From: Podarcis filfolensis
Lineage: Eukaryota
DNA length: 64,000 nt
Strand: one strand, 5' to 3'
Assembly: GCA_964270895.1 (NCBI GenBank)
Contig: OZ185444.1
Position numbers and translations under genes: made by a program. Positions 35,264 to 47,647 of the stretch are shown piece after piece. The notes beneath the pieces are model-generated. The model had not been told where the DNA came from and ran no database searches. It worked only from the letters and a program-made list of their open reading frames with translations. The stretch's first letter is position 1. Each line of letters starts with the position of its first letter.

Positions 35264-35269
35264 TTTATT
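35264..35269 (-). terminator. Candidate RAD52 polyadenylation signal
   Basis: TTTATT (AATAAA on -) about 650 nt beyond the stop. A second candidate lies at 34386-34391. Confidence 0.45.
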
Positions 35270-35916
35270 TGAAAGAGAACAAGGGAAAAATGATAAAAGT
35301 GTATGTGTGGCTGGCTCCAGTCTTCATACAGTGGGACATCAAATCTCACAGCTTTTCTGAATGAAGAGCTTTAATTTAACCACTTTAATAAGCAGGATTC
35401 ACATTGCATAATTAGCACACTGGCATCCTAGCCTTAAAAAACTTTTCATTCCACAAAAGTAAATTACTATTACTGTTACACGAAACTTGTTTCAGAGTAC
35501 ATTTTTAAAATGCTGTTACATTCCTTCAGCTTTGGTTCTATTTTTTTCCTTAGGAAAGGGCAAATAGTACAAAAATAGTTTGCCTTGCTTTACAAGATGC
35601 AGCCTTGTTAAAATGGATTCCTTCCTATTACAATAAAGGGAGTTAAGAATAAAGCAATGTTTTGTATTTGGATATGGAGTTACATCTGTTAATCTTAACG
35701 GGAAAAAATACTGGTATTCTTTTCTGAAGATACAGTTGATGGAAAGCAATGTTTAAAACTTTCAAATTCTGAAAAATCATGAGCACAACCTTTTTCCTGT
35801 TTAGTGCTTGATATAGTAAGGTCTGAAGAATATTCTCCATTCTGAAACTTCAGAGTGCAAATTGCGTTCTGAAACCTGAACAGATAAAGCACCACAGTCA
35901 AGTCATTCATCTTCTG

Positions 35917-35978
35917 CTATGCAGGCTCCAGCCTTCTCTTCTTCATCCCTTGGCTCCTCCTGTATGGGCTGCACTCAG
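35917..35978 (-). CDS. RAD52: RAD52 last coding exon (C-terminal NLS)
   Basis: ttttAG|CT GAG (ECSPYRRSQGMKKRRLEPA*). The basic NLS parallels human KSQDMKKRKYDPS. Confidence 0.92.
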
Positions 35979-36378
35979 CTAAAACAGGAAACAATTGTAT
36001 GTAGGAGAACTTTCTTTACAAGTCTCTTACACAACTGAGATATTACCTACTTTTGTCCTCTCTCTTCAAGAGACCATTGCTCCGAACAGTTTGCAAAGCC
36101 TGAACTTAGAACTGCATCTTAAAACACCTTTACTTCGACGCACGTTGCAGCAATCTTGGAGGAGGCTTTGAGACCGAAAGCACCAAAAAAGTAACAAGAA
36201 ATCTTTGACCGCTTGTTGCTGGGCACCGCAAGATTCAGAGGTAGCGTAGATGATTTGCAATTTGAGTGTGCTAAGCTAAAATAGATATACATGCTTGCCC
36301 CATTGTTGACAAACCACCACCCTATATTACCCACTTTTTGCTGCTGTCTACATTTGCTTCTCCACCTCTTAAACTTAC

Positions 36379-36588
36379 CTGGTATGTGAGGTCGAGGACT
36401 AGTAGAGGGATGCTGTGGTTTTGCATAGGGCCTCTGGTTATTTATCTTTTGTGGCGTTCTGCTGCGTGTCATAATGTCATACTGCCCACAAGGTGTGCCT
36501 GGGTTTTGGGCTGGCCCAGCTGCCGTGCTGTGACTGGTAACACTAAGGTCCGTGGCCTCCAAAGGTAAGTCCCAAAGCTCAGGGTCAT
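36379..36588 (-). CDS. RAD52: RAD52 exon 11
   Basis: ttccAG|AT GAC (DPELWDLPLEATDLS...PRPHIP) to G|GTaagt; 210 nt, phase 1-1. Confidence 0.85.
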
Positions 36589-37327
36589 CTGGAAGAAATT
36601 GAACATTAACAGTGAAGGGTCAGCTGCTGACCATTCCGTTTCACGTCTTGACTGCGACTGGATTAAAACTGTAACGGGGTGGAACTAGACATTGTGTCAG
36701 CAAACACGAAATCCCAAGCTTGGGTTTTGCAGTGACATAGGAACACACCGGGGTGTGTGGGTGTGTGTGCTTGCTTCTTCTGTGTCCACTGATTTTGCCT
36801 TACAAAGGGCCTCCATCCGTTTCTCTTCTCAGATGGTGTTATGGAGGAAGGAGAATCTAGAAAAAGGATGCACATTTCTTCTTTGTGTGTCCTGTTGCCT
36901 GAAATGCTGCAAGAATGTGAACCAGCCACAGGCATTAAGTTACAGCAAGACTTACTAAAATGCACACTGTGTGGGGCTGTTTTTGGAAGCTGTAGTTCTT
37001 ACAGAATGTGGCTACCAGTTGTTCATGGGAGCCAATGGATCAGAGTATGTAACACTGACTATATCAGCTGGTTCCTTTAGCATTTGGGGAGCTAAAGTGG
37101 TTATTATGTTTAAAGCTGTGAACGACTTGGGACCAGATAGTAAGATAAACTGCAGAGGCTCTTCCTGCAGATCTGCTGGTAAGGACTTCAAGTCTGGTGG
37201 GCACAAGAGATGGGGGGTTTTCAGTGGCAGACCTGTCCCCATGGATCTCCTCCCCAGAGGTGGTGCATTTTGTTTTCTGCTTTTGAACAGGTTTTAAAGA
37301 CTTGGCTGTTGTAACTGAACAATCATA

Positions 37328-37548
37328 GGGACCACAAGGGTCATCTAGTCCAACCCCTGACAATGCAGGAATCTTTTGCCCAATGTGGTGCTCAAACCCA
37401 TGACCCTGATATTAAGAGTCTCGTGCTCTACCAACTGAGCTATGTCGGTAGGTACCCCTGAACCAGAGAGTTGGAAGGGACCACAAGGGTCATCTAGTCC
37501 AACCCCTGACAATGCAGGAATGGGACTAGAACCCACGACCCTGAGATT
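37328..37548 (-). mobile_element. Two tandem SINEs with tRNA-Lys(CTT)-like head and CR1-type tail
   Basis: The head at 37378-37448 reads TAGCTCAGTTGGTAGAGCACGAGACTCTTAATATCAGGGTCATGGGTTTGAGC on -. An identical 45-bp tail occurs at 37328-37372 and 37477-37521. Confidence 0.75.
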
Positions 37549-37630
37549 CTTATTTGTGACCCACATTAATAGCATGTTCCCCTGAAAAGATGGTATAAAA
37601 TACCTGAAAGTACCAACAACCCTCACCCAC

Positions 37631-37708
37631 CTGCAAGGAACTCCTCTTCCACAGCTGGTTCCAGCTGTGCTGAAGTGCTGTGCTTAATAGCAGGAAGAGC
37701 ACATGCTT
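37631..37708 (-). CDS. RAD52: RAD52 exon 10
   Basis: gtccAG|AA GCA (ACALPAIKHSTSAQLEPAVEEEFLA) to G|GTgggt; 78 nt, phase 1-1. HST and FLA align with the human sequence. Confidence 0.82.
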
Positions 37709-38881
37709 CTGGACAAGATAAAAAAGAAGCTTAATGTTACTGAGATTAGTGGAAGAGTACATATTTCTCTGGATTTAGACTATTTGCATAGAAATAATGC
37801 ATAAGCTGTCTTCCTAGGCTGATAGGGGGTGGGGAAGAGACAGGATAGTGGTGGTTTTGGGCTTTATCGATAATGGAACAAATAATATTCTTCACAAGAG
37901 CTGTCCCACATCATAATGACAAAAAAGGACTTGCCTAAATGACCCAGCATGAATAAGCTATTAATTTCCATTTTGTCCAAGGAATGCCAATTTATCTGAA
38001 TTTGGCTCAATATGGAGAAAGATGGTTATTTCAACTATTAATAACAACAGATAGGTGTTGTTATTAATATGCTCTAACCTAGCCTGGACCCAGACTGATA
38101 TACCAGCTGCTCTCCCCATCTCTATCACAAATCTGACTGCTGCACTGTTCTCCCATCTTAGTTGGGGCTTACAGATGAATTGGGCTTACAAACATCAACA
38201 TTAAAACAAGTCCCTAATCTGACAATCACCTTATTAATGGGTTTTATTAATATTGCTACTTACTTTTATAGGTTGGGTCAAGGCACTATTTTTCAAAAAT
38301 ATATTAGGCCTGCCTGCTGATTATATAATTTTTTGTTGATCTGAGTTAACTGATGGATTAAATAATTATATCTACATTTTATGAAACCTTCAATAATAGG
38401 TGCCATTTTCGCAATGCTAAATGAAGTGAGATGTAACTACTTAACAAACAAAAGTTGACACCAGCATTGGAAGGAAATATCTTCTTTAACACATTCAGCG
38501 ACATGGGACAGAAAAGTTTCTGCTGCCATTTATTTTGCCAGGAAAATTCAGTCTCTAAAAATGCAGCACCACATGAAAATTAATGAATGGATAAAAAACC
38601 AGTCAAATGAGATAGTTTCAAAAATGTAACCCAACCCCCCCTCAGATGCTAGTCAAAGCAGCAGCAGCAGCAGATTAAAGTTTGGGTTAAGCCCTCATTT
38701 TGACCTCTTTAAAGAGACTCATATCCAGGGAAAACACACTTGTTTTACATCTCACTTTCAACTCTTACGGTGATACAGTTAACACAGCAGGAAAGAATTA
38801 GCCCTATTACTTAGATACTTCATCTGCCCATTCTGAGCTTCTTTGCAGTGCAGCGGATGCAGATTCTAACTAGCATTTTAC

Positions 38882-39015
38882 CTTGACCTCTAGGTTCACA
38901 AGCTGGAGTAGTTGACTGGATTTGCTGTTTCTTCTGCATCTGCTGTCTGAACTGCTGCTGAAGTTGTTTCTGCCGCAACTTCCGGTGGTATGTTGCATCA
39001 CACAGCGAGACCTCA
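38882..39015 (-). CDS. RAD52: RAD52 exon 9 (RPA-binding region)
   Basis: ttgtAG|T GAG (...YHRKLRQKQLQQQFRQQMQK...) to G|GTaaaa; 134 nt. Confidence 0.93.
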
Positions 39016-40659
39016 CTACAAGAGAATACAGGAAGAGGGAATGTTACCACTAAATTCCCCATTTCATAACCATACTTGCTCAGAGTAGACAATATAACCA
39101 GGATGTGGGTTGGGGGGGGGGGGTGACACTTTAGCATATATGGCAATAGCCAAGGGCTGTGTAACTACATTCACATGTAACTTGCATAATTTATTCAACT
39201 ACAGACTTTCTCTTGCCTCAGATTTCCTATTCTGTCTACTTGCATGCATCCAGTGGTCCATAAAGCAATCCATAAAGGAAGAAGACTTTATCCTACAAGA
39301 CTTGGCCTAAGGTTATACTAGGAGGTACTTCTCGCAAACCAGTCTTTCTCCTGCCATCTCAGTGAATGAACACTAGTTTATAGTCTGCCCTGACTTTTAA
39401 AAAATTGTTCAGGGAAGAATTGAGATTAAACCTGCGGTCTGCAGATTGTACTCAAAGGAACCCTGAGCCAATCTTGCAGTTGTGTATCTGAAGGAAAGTT
39501 TATTACTTCCATTGCTCTCAGGAACACATACCTGCATGTACTAACCATTCTTGTACTCATAGCAGGCCTCATTCACTGGGGAGTCCTCCTAGCCCACATT
39601 GGCAAAATCCTACTAAAGAGTTTAATTGCAGGTAGAAGTAGAAAGAACTGGTGGCTGTCTCCCTTCCAAGGTCCTTGATGTGTCAAGGACCACCTTCATT
39701 TAGAATGCAGATTGCAACATCAGGAAGTGATCTTCAACTCAGTACAAGCCAAGGTCTTTATTTCCTGAGCAAGGATACAGAAGCTGGCTTGGCTCCCGAG
39801 CACAAGATAGTTGCACAGACCTGGTATCCTGTTGCATTTCTTCGAAGAGTATGCTACTTCATGGGCTATTTAAGTCTCCAGTGTGCTGCACAGAGAAGTC
39901 ACCTGTTCATCCCTGCACAGAATTTAAGTTTTTTGTATCTGTAGATGCAGCCTTTAGTCAAAGGGTGCTTCAATGTACGCTGCTAGCCAGAATCCTGATC
40001 TCCCTCCCTCCCTGGGCATTTGGAGCACTGCTTTGTTAAGCTCCTGGGTTAGAGACCACTGGATGGTGACAAGTTGGAAGAACAGAAAAAAATTGCACAC
40101 CTCCATTGAAGATTATTTTCCTTACTTGCCAGCTTTCTTCAGGTCTGGATTCTGGCATGGAAATTAGGCCATGGGTTAGGTGCCAATGTGCTTCTCTTAT
40201 TCTCACTGTGTTTTATCAGGTTCTGGTTTGAGGAAGGAAGTGGGAAGCATTTCCTAGCCCAACCAAATGTGTTCTTCTAGGGAAAAGAGCCTGCCTCCCA
40301 GTGGACAGGGAGGAAAGAATCTCAGTATTATGGACTACTGTCTGGCAAGAAACTAGAATTCATGAAGGTAAGCAAAATTCTCCATTTTTTGTTCTAGAAT
40401 ATACAAAGCATTAGCAATTAAGACTACAGTAAGTTCGCAATTTAAGCAGAGGTTATGTTCCAAGGAGTCAAAACACACTGTGTTAAATAGTGGGTGGGAT
40501 TACCAAAGTCTTTTTTGCCCCAACCAGCCAGCCACTCTTTTTTTCATTGCTTTTATTTATTTTTGCCAAGCAAGTAAAGCTGAATAGGCACAAGTTAAAT
40601 GTGCATAAGTTGCGGGCTTACTGTATAAGCTTATGTATCTAGTGTATTAGATCTCCAAC

Positions 40660-40847
40660 CTGCTTTGCTGATCTTGTTCAGAAGTACTCAAAGAAGATTC
40701 TAACTGCTCAGTTTTGACAGGAGTCGCTGTAGAAAACTGCTGGTGGTCTTCGCTTGTCTTCTTCAAGCAGCTATTGTATCTTGCCTTTTCTATAGCAGGC
40801 TCAAAATCCTGTCTTTTAGCATTGCTCAAATCAAAATCTGGAGGCAT
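40660..40847 (-). CDS. RAD52: RAD52 exon 8
   Basis: ctAG|ATG CCT (MPPDFDLSNAKRQDFEPAIEKARYNSC...) to AG|GTtgga; 188 nt. Confidence 0.92.
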
Positions 40848-42267
40848 CTAGTAATAGGAATAAAACAAACAGCCTTTCAGTAGCTACAAAACTTCAGAAT
40901 GTAATGGAAACATTTCACAGACTCATCTGTCATGTTGCCCAGGAGACAAATTGCTTTCCTGGAACACTTTGCCTGTTCACAACCAAGTTTCGGCCTGGTG
41001 CTGTGAACTCAGCCAATGTGGTTATTTCTCTAACTTAGTGGAGATTTGTCATGTTTAGTAATCAACACCAACTCTGTCAACATGTACTTTGTGGATCAGC
41101 TTTGTTTCCTTGCAATTCTTTGTCATGTTGATTTCCCCCCCTCTTAAAGCAACCTAGGTGTTATTTTAAAACAGATGTAGAGAGCACAAATGAAGAAAAC
41201 TGCAGATTAATAGCCTGGGAGTGCTGTAGAAATCAGTAAACATGACAATTTCAGCCTGTCTGCAGTTTTCAATCCAGCACAGCCAAAAGCATACTCTGCC
41301 CTTTTGACGGAATGCCAATTTAGGTGACACACACTACGGGCTGCAGTCAGCAAGGAATACTGTAGATGTGTGAAGGATGGGTCGACCAGAATGCAGCAGC
41401 TTAAATGATGATTCACTGGGGTGGGGTGGTTGTAGAAGAGCCCAGTTAGTAATGATGACTGGAGATGAAGCTGTTTCGAGGCAAGAGAAGATAAGGACCT
41501 TTTTCTGAAAAAAGGATATAACACCTAAGATAGATTTAATCAAATGGTTTAGAGAGCAATCCAAACCAGTAAGGCTCTATAGACTGGTAGGGCTACTACT
41601 GCATCTGCAAACCTCTTGGGCACATGCAACCAATCCAAGCCTCCTCTATCCCCAGCCCAAACAGGGCTTGGATTCATTCGTTGGCCATTCGTACTTGTGA
41701 AAACAGGCTTAACAGCATCTATCCTAAGAAAAATGCATTTTGGCATTTCACTATTAAAAATAACGAATCCCCGGAAATCTGCTCAGAAAATAATTTAACA
41801 ATGCTGCAAGACAAGCTAGTTATTTAGAAAGAGATCACTGTGAGGGGAGAAATGGTGCAATAAGAATTACAAGAAGATGGGGGCTGGACTATTCTATATA
41901 AAAAAAGAACAACATAGTAAGGTCTGATTTTCAGTGTTCATTGGAAGGTACTATAATTTTCTGCTTGCTCCTGAACACAGCTCTGACTGGAAAGTGAAAA
42001 CACACACACACACGAAAAATTATTGAGTGTTTTGAAGCAGAAAAAGTGTAAGCAAAGACACACACAGTAGAGATACGGTGTGTCAGAAAATAATCAGAAG
42101 AATTTTCAGCTGGAATATCCAGGCAATGAAATTACCTATTCAAGAAGAATGTACTGTTGCATGGCAGAATAAAGAATGGAGCCTTTCTTGTCTGTATTAT
42201 CTATACTCAAAGCAGAATTTGACATTTTTACTGCAGAATTCTAGTTTTTGGAAGTCGTGTAACACAC

Positions 42268-42343
42268 CTGGCGAGGAAGCTTATTCACTGATCGCAAGTA
42301 GTCTTTGTCCAGGATGCAATTCCCAAGAGCATTACCAAAGCAC
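42268..42343 (-). CDS. RAD52: RAD52 exon 7
   Basis: ctcAG|G TGC ([25 protein letters not shown]) to CAG|GTgtgt; 76 nt. Confidence 0.96.
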
Positions 42344-42439
42344 CTGAGAAAGGACGAGAGTTAGTCGTCTTTTAGAACACAGTTCCCCTTTTTCATTGCT
42401 TTCAGGCTAGCAAAATGTCTTCTGCTGATTGCCACTTAC

Positions 42440-42558
42440 TTCAGTGCCCTCTTCAGTCCATCTGTAACAGCTTCCTTCCTTGCTTTTTCTAGGGACAAGG
42501 CCTTAGACTTCAAGCCTTCACTTACTCCATAGCCAACATCTTCATGGTATGAGCCATC
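42440..42558 (-). CDS. RAD52: RAD52 exon 6
   Basis: tgcAG|GAT GGC ([39 protein letters not shown]) to AA|GTaagt; 119 nt. Confidence 0.97.
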
Positions 42559-43050
42559 CTGCAATTTAAGCATATGCAAGAAAAAAATAAATGGCCATTT
42601 GGGTTTGACTATAGCCACCCTAATGAACCTTGGTTTGTGGCAAAAGCAGCTTAAGCAGGCACTGCAGTACATTCAGTTTTTCTGGAGTCTGCAGGGACTC
42701 AAGTGTCAATCAAACCTGAAATATTATGCTAGTTCAAAGTATTCCAATCTTCTGCCAGATACTGCCTAAAAAATGGAAACCAACAGCATTTGGATACATG
42801 CATTGCAGTTTAAGACTTGTCACTGTTTAAAAGCAAATGCGTAAGTCAGGATTTTTTCCTACAGTATCTTAGTTCATCTTAAAAAACAGGTGTGTGTTTT
42901 GACCAGTGACGGGTCTAATAAATATGCATTTTTGTTTGACAGGAAATAACACCAACAGTCATATTGTTATGTACCTTTTGCATACTATTCACTTTACTTT
43001 CATGGCTCTGAAAAACCAGCACCACCTACATATCTCCCCACCCCATTTAC

Positions 43051-43118
43051 CTTAAGTTGGACTTTCACAAAGGCACAGACCCCCACATAGAACTTGCCAT
43101 TATTAAGATCCACAAAAT
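43051..43118 (-). CDS. RAD52: RAD52 exon 5
   Basis: cacAG|AT TTT ([22 protein letters not shown]) to AAG|GTaaat; 68 nt. Confidence 0.96.
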
Positions 43119-43439
43119 CTGTGAAGAGCAGAAACAAAAAACAAAACATTTACTCTAACATAGGGAACCGAATGCTTGGTCTGCCTATTATTACTGTGTA
43201 CTGGTAGCTAGGCAGTCATAAAGAGATGTAGGAGAAAATATAGGGAATTTAGAATATGGTCCCAACACTGTTGGCATGGATGCAAATGTTTGTCGAAGAA
43301 ATTAACCAGAAAGGATACAGAGATATTTCCCAAGCAGAATGTTGGTTTCTGAACTAGAGGCTTCTGAGGATAATCAGATAAAAGAGTACATGGACCCGAA
43401 AATTACCCTTAAGACATTACTGGATATCATTATTGACCT

Positions 43440-43972
43440 TAGTGAACTGTGGGAATGCTGTGGACCCCATTTATTTTTATTTCAGCAAAGCATTTGACAA
43501 AGCTCATCATGATGTTTTATTAGCAGACTCGTTGAATGTGTACTGATAAATAATGCTGGATTCAGAGCTGGTTGGAAGCTATACTCAGAAGGGTGTTCAT
43601 CAATGGCTTCTCATCAAACTGGATGAATGATTTGAGTGAGGTGATGTAGGGCTCTGGGACTCTTCAACATCTGATCAATGATTTAAATGAAGGTGTGGAG
43701 GGAATGCTACCCTATTTGCAGAAGACACAAAACTGGGATAGATCACTAATGCCTAAGCAAACAGGAGTATAATTCAGAATGAATTTGGTAGCTTTGGCCT
43801 AGCTCCCCATTCTTACAAGATGAAATTCAACAGAGGCAAATGCTAAGTCCTGCATTTGGGGGAGGTGGGGGAAACAAAAAAACCCCAAATGGACAGAGAG
43901 TCACATTGAGTCAGCAGTGTGACGCAGCTGCAGAAAATAGTAATGCAGTTTTAGGCTGCCTTAATCAAGTCA
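43440..43972 (+). mobile_element. Degenerate CR1 LINE ORF2 (reverse transcriptase) fragment
   Basis: Frameshifted remnants of FSKAFDK (about 43481), FA(D)DTKLG (about 43715) and SQQCDAAA (about 43910). Confidence 0.75.
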
Positions 43973-45389
43973 TAACGTTTCCCATCAGCTTTAAAAAATA
44001 TTTTTAAATCAAACAATTTCATTAGTAGTAATATTCTATGAGGAATTTCAGCTTCTGATAATCTGAATCACATTCAAGATGACAGAATCAGCTTCCCTAG
44101 GAACTGGTCTTTATTTTGTAAATCTCTATGACTCTATCCTCTTGACGAACTGAATATGTGCTGAGAATTGATAATTAAACATATGTAGGTTCAGAGTATT
44201 CTCCAGGATATTTTATTTTTTTAATGCACAGAATGCTACCAATTTCTAGGAGGGGATTAAGGTTTTGTATGCAATGGAATGAAAAAGTGAGATATTCATT
44301 AGCAAAGCAGATAAGAGTAATGTCAGGGATGACAATAGGTTTCAAAATATGAAAGTGCAGACTGGATCTTTTTCCGAAATACTTTTTATGGGAAAATCTA
44401 TCCCTACAGAAGGCAAGGTTATAATGAAGTATAACTTATAGCTTACAATATTGCGCTTTCACTCCCTTTTGCCTTTCTGACAGCTCTGTAGTTTTTGTTA
44501 CCTAATATCATTTCAGATCCTTAAGGTGATCTAGGTGAAGTTTTTGAGATGGGGGTTCTATTCTTCCAGTTGTTGTTACTGAGCTGAAAGACTTAAGTCT
44601 CTCCCCTCTGCCTTTTCTGTTCAACCTCCTGTTGCTAGGCCACAAACACAACAGATCTTTTGAGGATGAGACAGCTGCAGCCATAATTTTGGGAGACATT
44701 TCCCCCACCTGTACAGGATTGCAGTTTTCAGTTTATTTTATTTATTTATTTAATGAAAACTGTTAACTGCTAGGGCAAGGATTCTTTTTTCTATATGTAT
44801 TCATTGTGTAACTGACAATACACTGAATTCTGAAATTTAGGGGGAAACCACTTCAATATGTTGTCAAGGTTACCCCATGCCAACTCATGCTGTGCCCCCC
44901 CCCAACTGCCATGGAAAATTCTGCTTCCAGGTGGCATGTGAGAAGCACCTTTTCTCAAGATCTGGAAACTCATAATCATATTGTGTTGCATCTAGCAGAG
45001 GTGCTCTGTTCATGGAAAACTCTGAATACTAGCAGAAGATTTCATGAATGAATGGGGCAGGACACAAGGTTCTCACCAGTTCTCATTTATGCTTTCCATG
45101 CCACTTCCCACATAACTCTTGGAGGGGGGGACCCCACTCCTCTAGAACAGGTTTTTGAGGAAAGCAGGAGCCGAAGGAGGAATCAGGGGGGGGGGAATGC
45201 TTTCTCCACTTTCTATTCATGAAAGCTGTTGCTAGATCAAAAGCTTCCTTACGTGGAACAATGCCATTATTTGCACCCAACCTCTTATTGTTTCATTCTG
45301 CTAGGATAGTCTTTTGCACAAGAACATTTTGTTAACTTAGAGAACCTGCAGCATGAAGCAGCTGGAAGAAGCTTAAAATTGGTTCTCAC

Positions 45390-45483
45390 CGACATTCTGC
45401 TGAGTGACAGAATGAGCCCAGCCATTGTAGCCAAACATTTCATTGGCCAGACTGATGACTCTGTGTCCTTCAATGTAGCAAAC
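45390..45483 (-). CDS. RAD52: RAD52 exon 4
   Basis: ttcAG|GTT TGC ([31 protein letters not shown]) to G|GTgaga; 94 nt. Confidence 0.97.
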
Positions 45484-46157
45484 CTGAAAGTAGAAAGGAC
45501 AAAAGTGACAAAAATCCTTCTTGGTCAGTCTTAATCTCATTAAATTATTGCAGAAGCGACATCTACTTGCAACATGGCTTCCAGGCACTGTGTCAGACCA
45601 AGAATCATCATATCAAAAGAAAATTGGAACACACAATATACCAGCACCTAGTATTTATAAGTGTGTTCCACGTTACAGTACCAAACAGCTAACCAAAATT
45701 AAAATTAATTGTTCTGAGTTTGAGATATTAAATTGATAAGAATTTATTAAATTTTCAGCTGCAGAATGCTTGCACAAGGCAGTGGTATGGAGCACTTGCA
45801 AGGAGATGGGCAAGGAAGAATTGAGCATCATGTTCAAAATTCTAGGGTTTATGATTCAGTAGCATAGCACACAAGATTTTCAGCACATTTGTTTTGAAAT
45901 TATGAAGGCTATTACATGTGAAAAGAATCCTACACCCCACGTCTGCCCTGTACTGCACTTATTTCTTTAAATCCCTAGCCAGCAATGGGAGAGCGGCTTT
46001 GAGGAAAGGTAGTGGGCCAGGGCTGTCCCCCTCTCCAAACTGGAGAGCCAGAAAGTACTATCATTAACAAATGCTGATACCTCTGTGGACACCAGATTTG
46101 CCTCTGACTTGGAAGATTGCAACATACAGCAAGCACCACTTGCAGATAACCCTACAC

Positions 46158-46438
46158 CAGGTATGCCCACCAGGTTGATCGCGATTTACTGGTAGATCCC
46201 TGGGAGGTTTTGGTAGATTGTGATTGAACACTGGGTCCCTTTCCTTAGTATTGGTAAAATAGAATCCGGCCCCACCCCCTCCCTTTGAGTTTAGGCTTGC
46301 ATTCTCAAAAACCGTGGCTTTCCTCCTCCCTAAAAAGCTCAACAACTTTGACCTGAACCCCCCCAAAACGGGGGTAGATCACTGCCAGTTTTTAATTCTG
46401 TGAGTAGATCACAGTCTCTTGGGGGTTGGCCACCCCTG
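46158..46438. mobile_element. hAT MITE with intact TSD
   Basis: Perfect 8-bp TSD CCCTACAC at 46150-46157 and 46439-46446; right TIR GGTTGGCCACCCCTG. Confidence 0.82.
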
Positions 46439-46580
46439 CCCTACACTATGGTGCTCCTCCTGAGAAAGCAAGGGCGTAGGGAACTGCTGCCCAAAAGGAT
46501 TCAGGGAAATATGCATTACCAACAGGCAATGGGTAATTTTCAATATCAAGTAAATAAAAACTGTGTACACACTTTTGTAC

Positions 46581-46682
46581 CTTCTGTCCTCCTCCAGCTT
46601 GCCGGCTACTGATGTATTCTGGGCCCAATCTCTGTCGCAGGGCAGCCTGGACGGCCTGGTACTCATCTGCTGTATACTGACA
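46581..46682 (-). CDS. RAD52: RAD52 exon 3
   Basis: ctcaAG|TGT CAG ([34 protein letters not shown]) to AAG|GTacaa; 102 nt. Confidence 0.97.
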
Positions 46683-47484
46683 CTTGAGCAAACCACACAC
46701 ACAATCATGGAAAGATCTAGTATATTCATAACTAATTTCTCCCCCTTTCTTGCAACTGATTTAGTTCAATCAGTCCCATCCCCCACAAGAACTTTTAATC
46801 TAGTTATACTCTGAAAGCCATATCCAAAAGGAAATATTGTACCTCACAGGGTAGCTCCTTCATTATGATAATGCCATGAATTGTTTAAAATGATAACTAC
46901 TTTGTTGCATGAGTTCCCCCAAGTTCCCCTCTGAGCGCTCTTAAGTATAATTCAGCCAAATCAGAAAGAAATCTCAGCTGGTAGATATTTTCCCAATACT
47001 TGTCACCAAACACCAACTGAATTAAATAGTAATAATAACGCTTGCATTGTAGTGTGAGATAAACAACAGCAAAAAGAGTGCAAAGAAATATTAAGAGTAT
47101 CCCAACAGATTTTGGATTTCCAGCTACTCTCTAGGGAAATGGTTTTTATACAAAAACAAATCTGCTTTCTGCTTTAAAAAGGAGCACTTTGTACCATATT
47201 TTGGATATGATCCATGTCTCTTCTGCCTATGTAGAGTTTAAACCAACTACAGTTCCCCAAGTCTGGACGTAACAGGGAACTGTGGTTTATTTAAAAGAAG
47301 TATCTAACCGCTTCTCCATGCCCAGGGTAGGAAGCATAAGAAACCAAGGTTTGTGCAGATTCACTCACATACTTTGAAGCCATGGTTTCCCATTATGTCT
47401 CAACTGGGCTGTTATCTATAGTAGATTTTGCATTGAACCCCACCAGAAAATCTCACACAAATCTGAAGGTGATGGTAAACTGAC

Positions 47485-47535
47485 CTGTCCAAACCACATA
47501 CTGGTGTTAGCATTGCTGCTGCTGATTCCAGACAT
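47485..47535 (-). CDS. RAD52: RAD52 exon 2, start codon (exon begins at 47537)
   Basis: ttttAG|GA ATG TCT (MSGISSSNANTSMWFGQ) to CAG|GTcagt; 51 coding nt. FGQ matches the human junction. Confidence 0.88.
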
Positions 47536-47647
47536 TCCTAAAAGAAAGTAATACGAACGTCAATATAGATGATCAAAATAGAAACAGTTATTTACCAATT
47601 TTTAAATAGTCATATTAAAGACCGTATAGTTTGTAATAATCATATTA

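Noticed and set aside
37378-37448. tRNA-Lys(CTT)-like sequence as a true tRNA gene
   Set aside because: The B box is mutated (GGTTTGAGC), the acceptor stem is imperfect, and it is fused to a CR1-type tail, so it is a SINE head. The same applies to the Ile-like head at about 950-1016.
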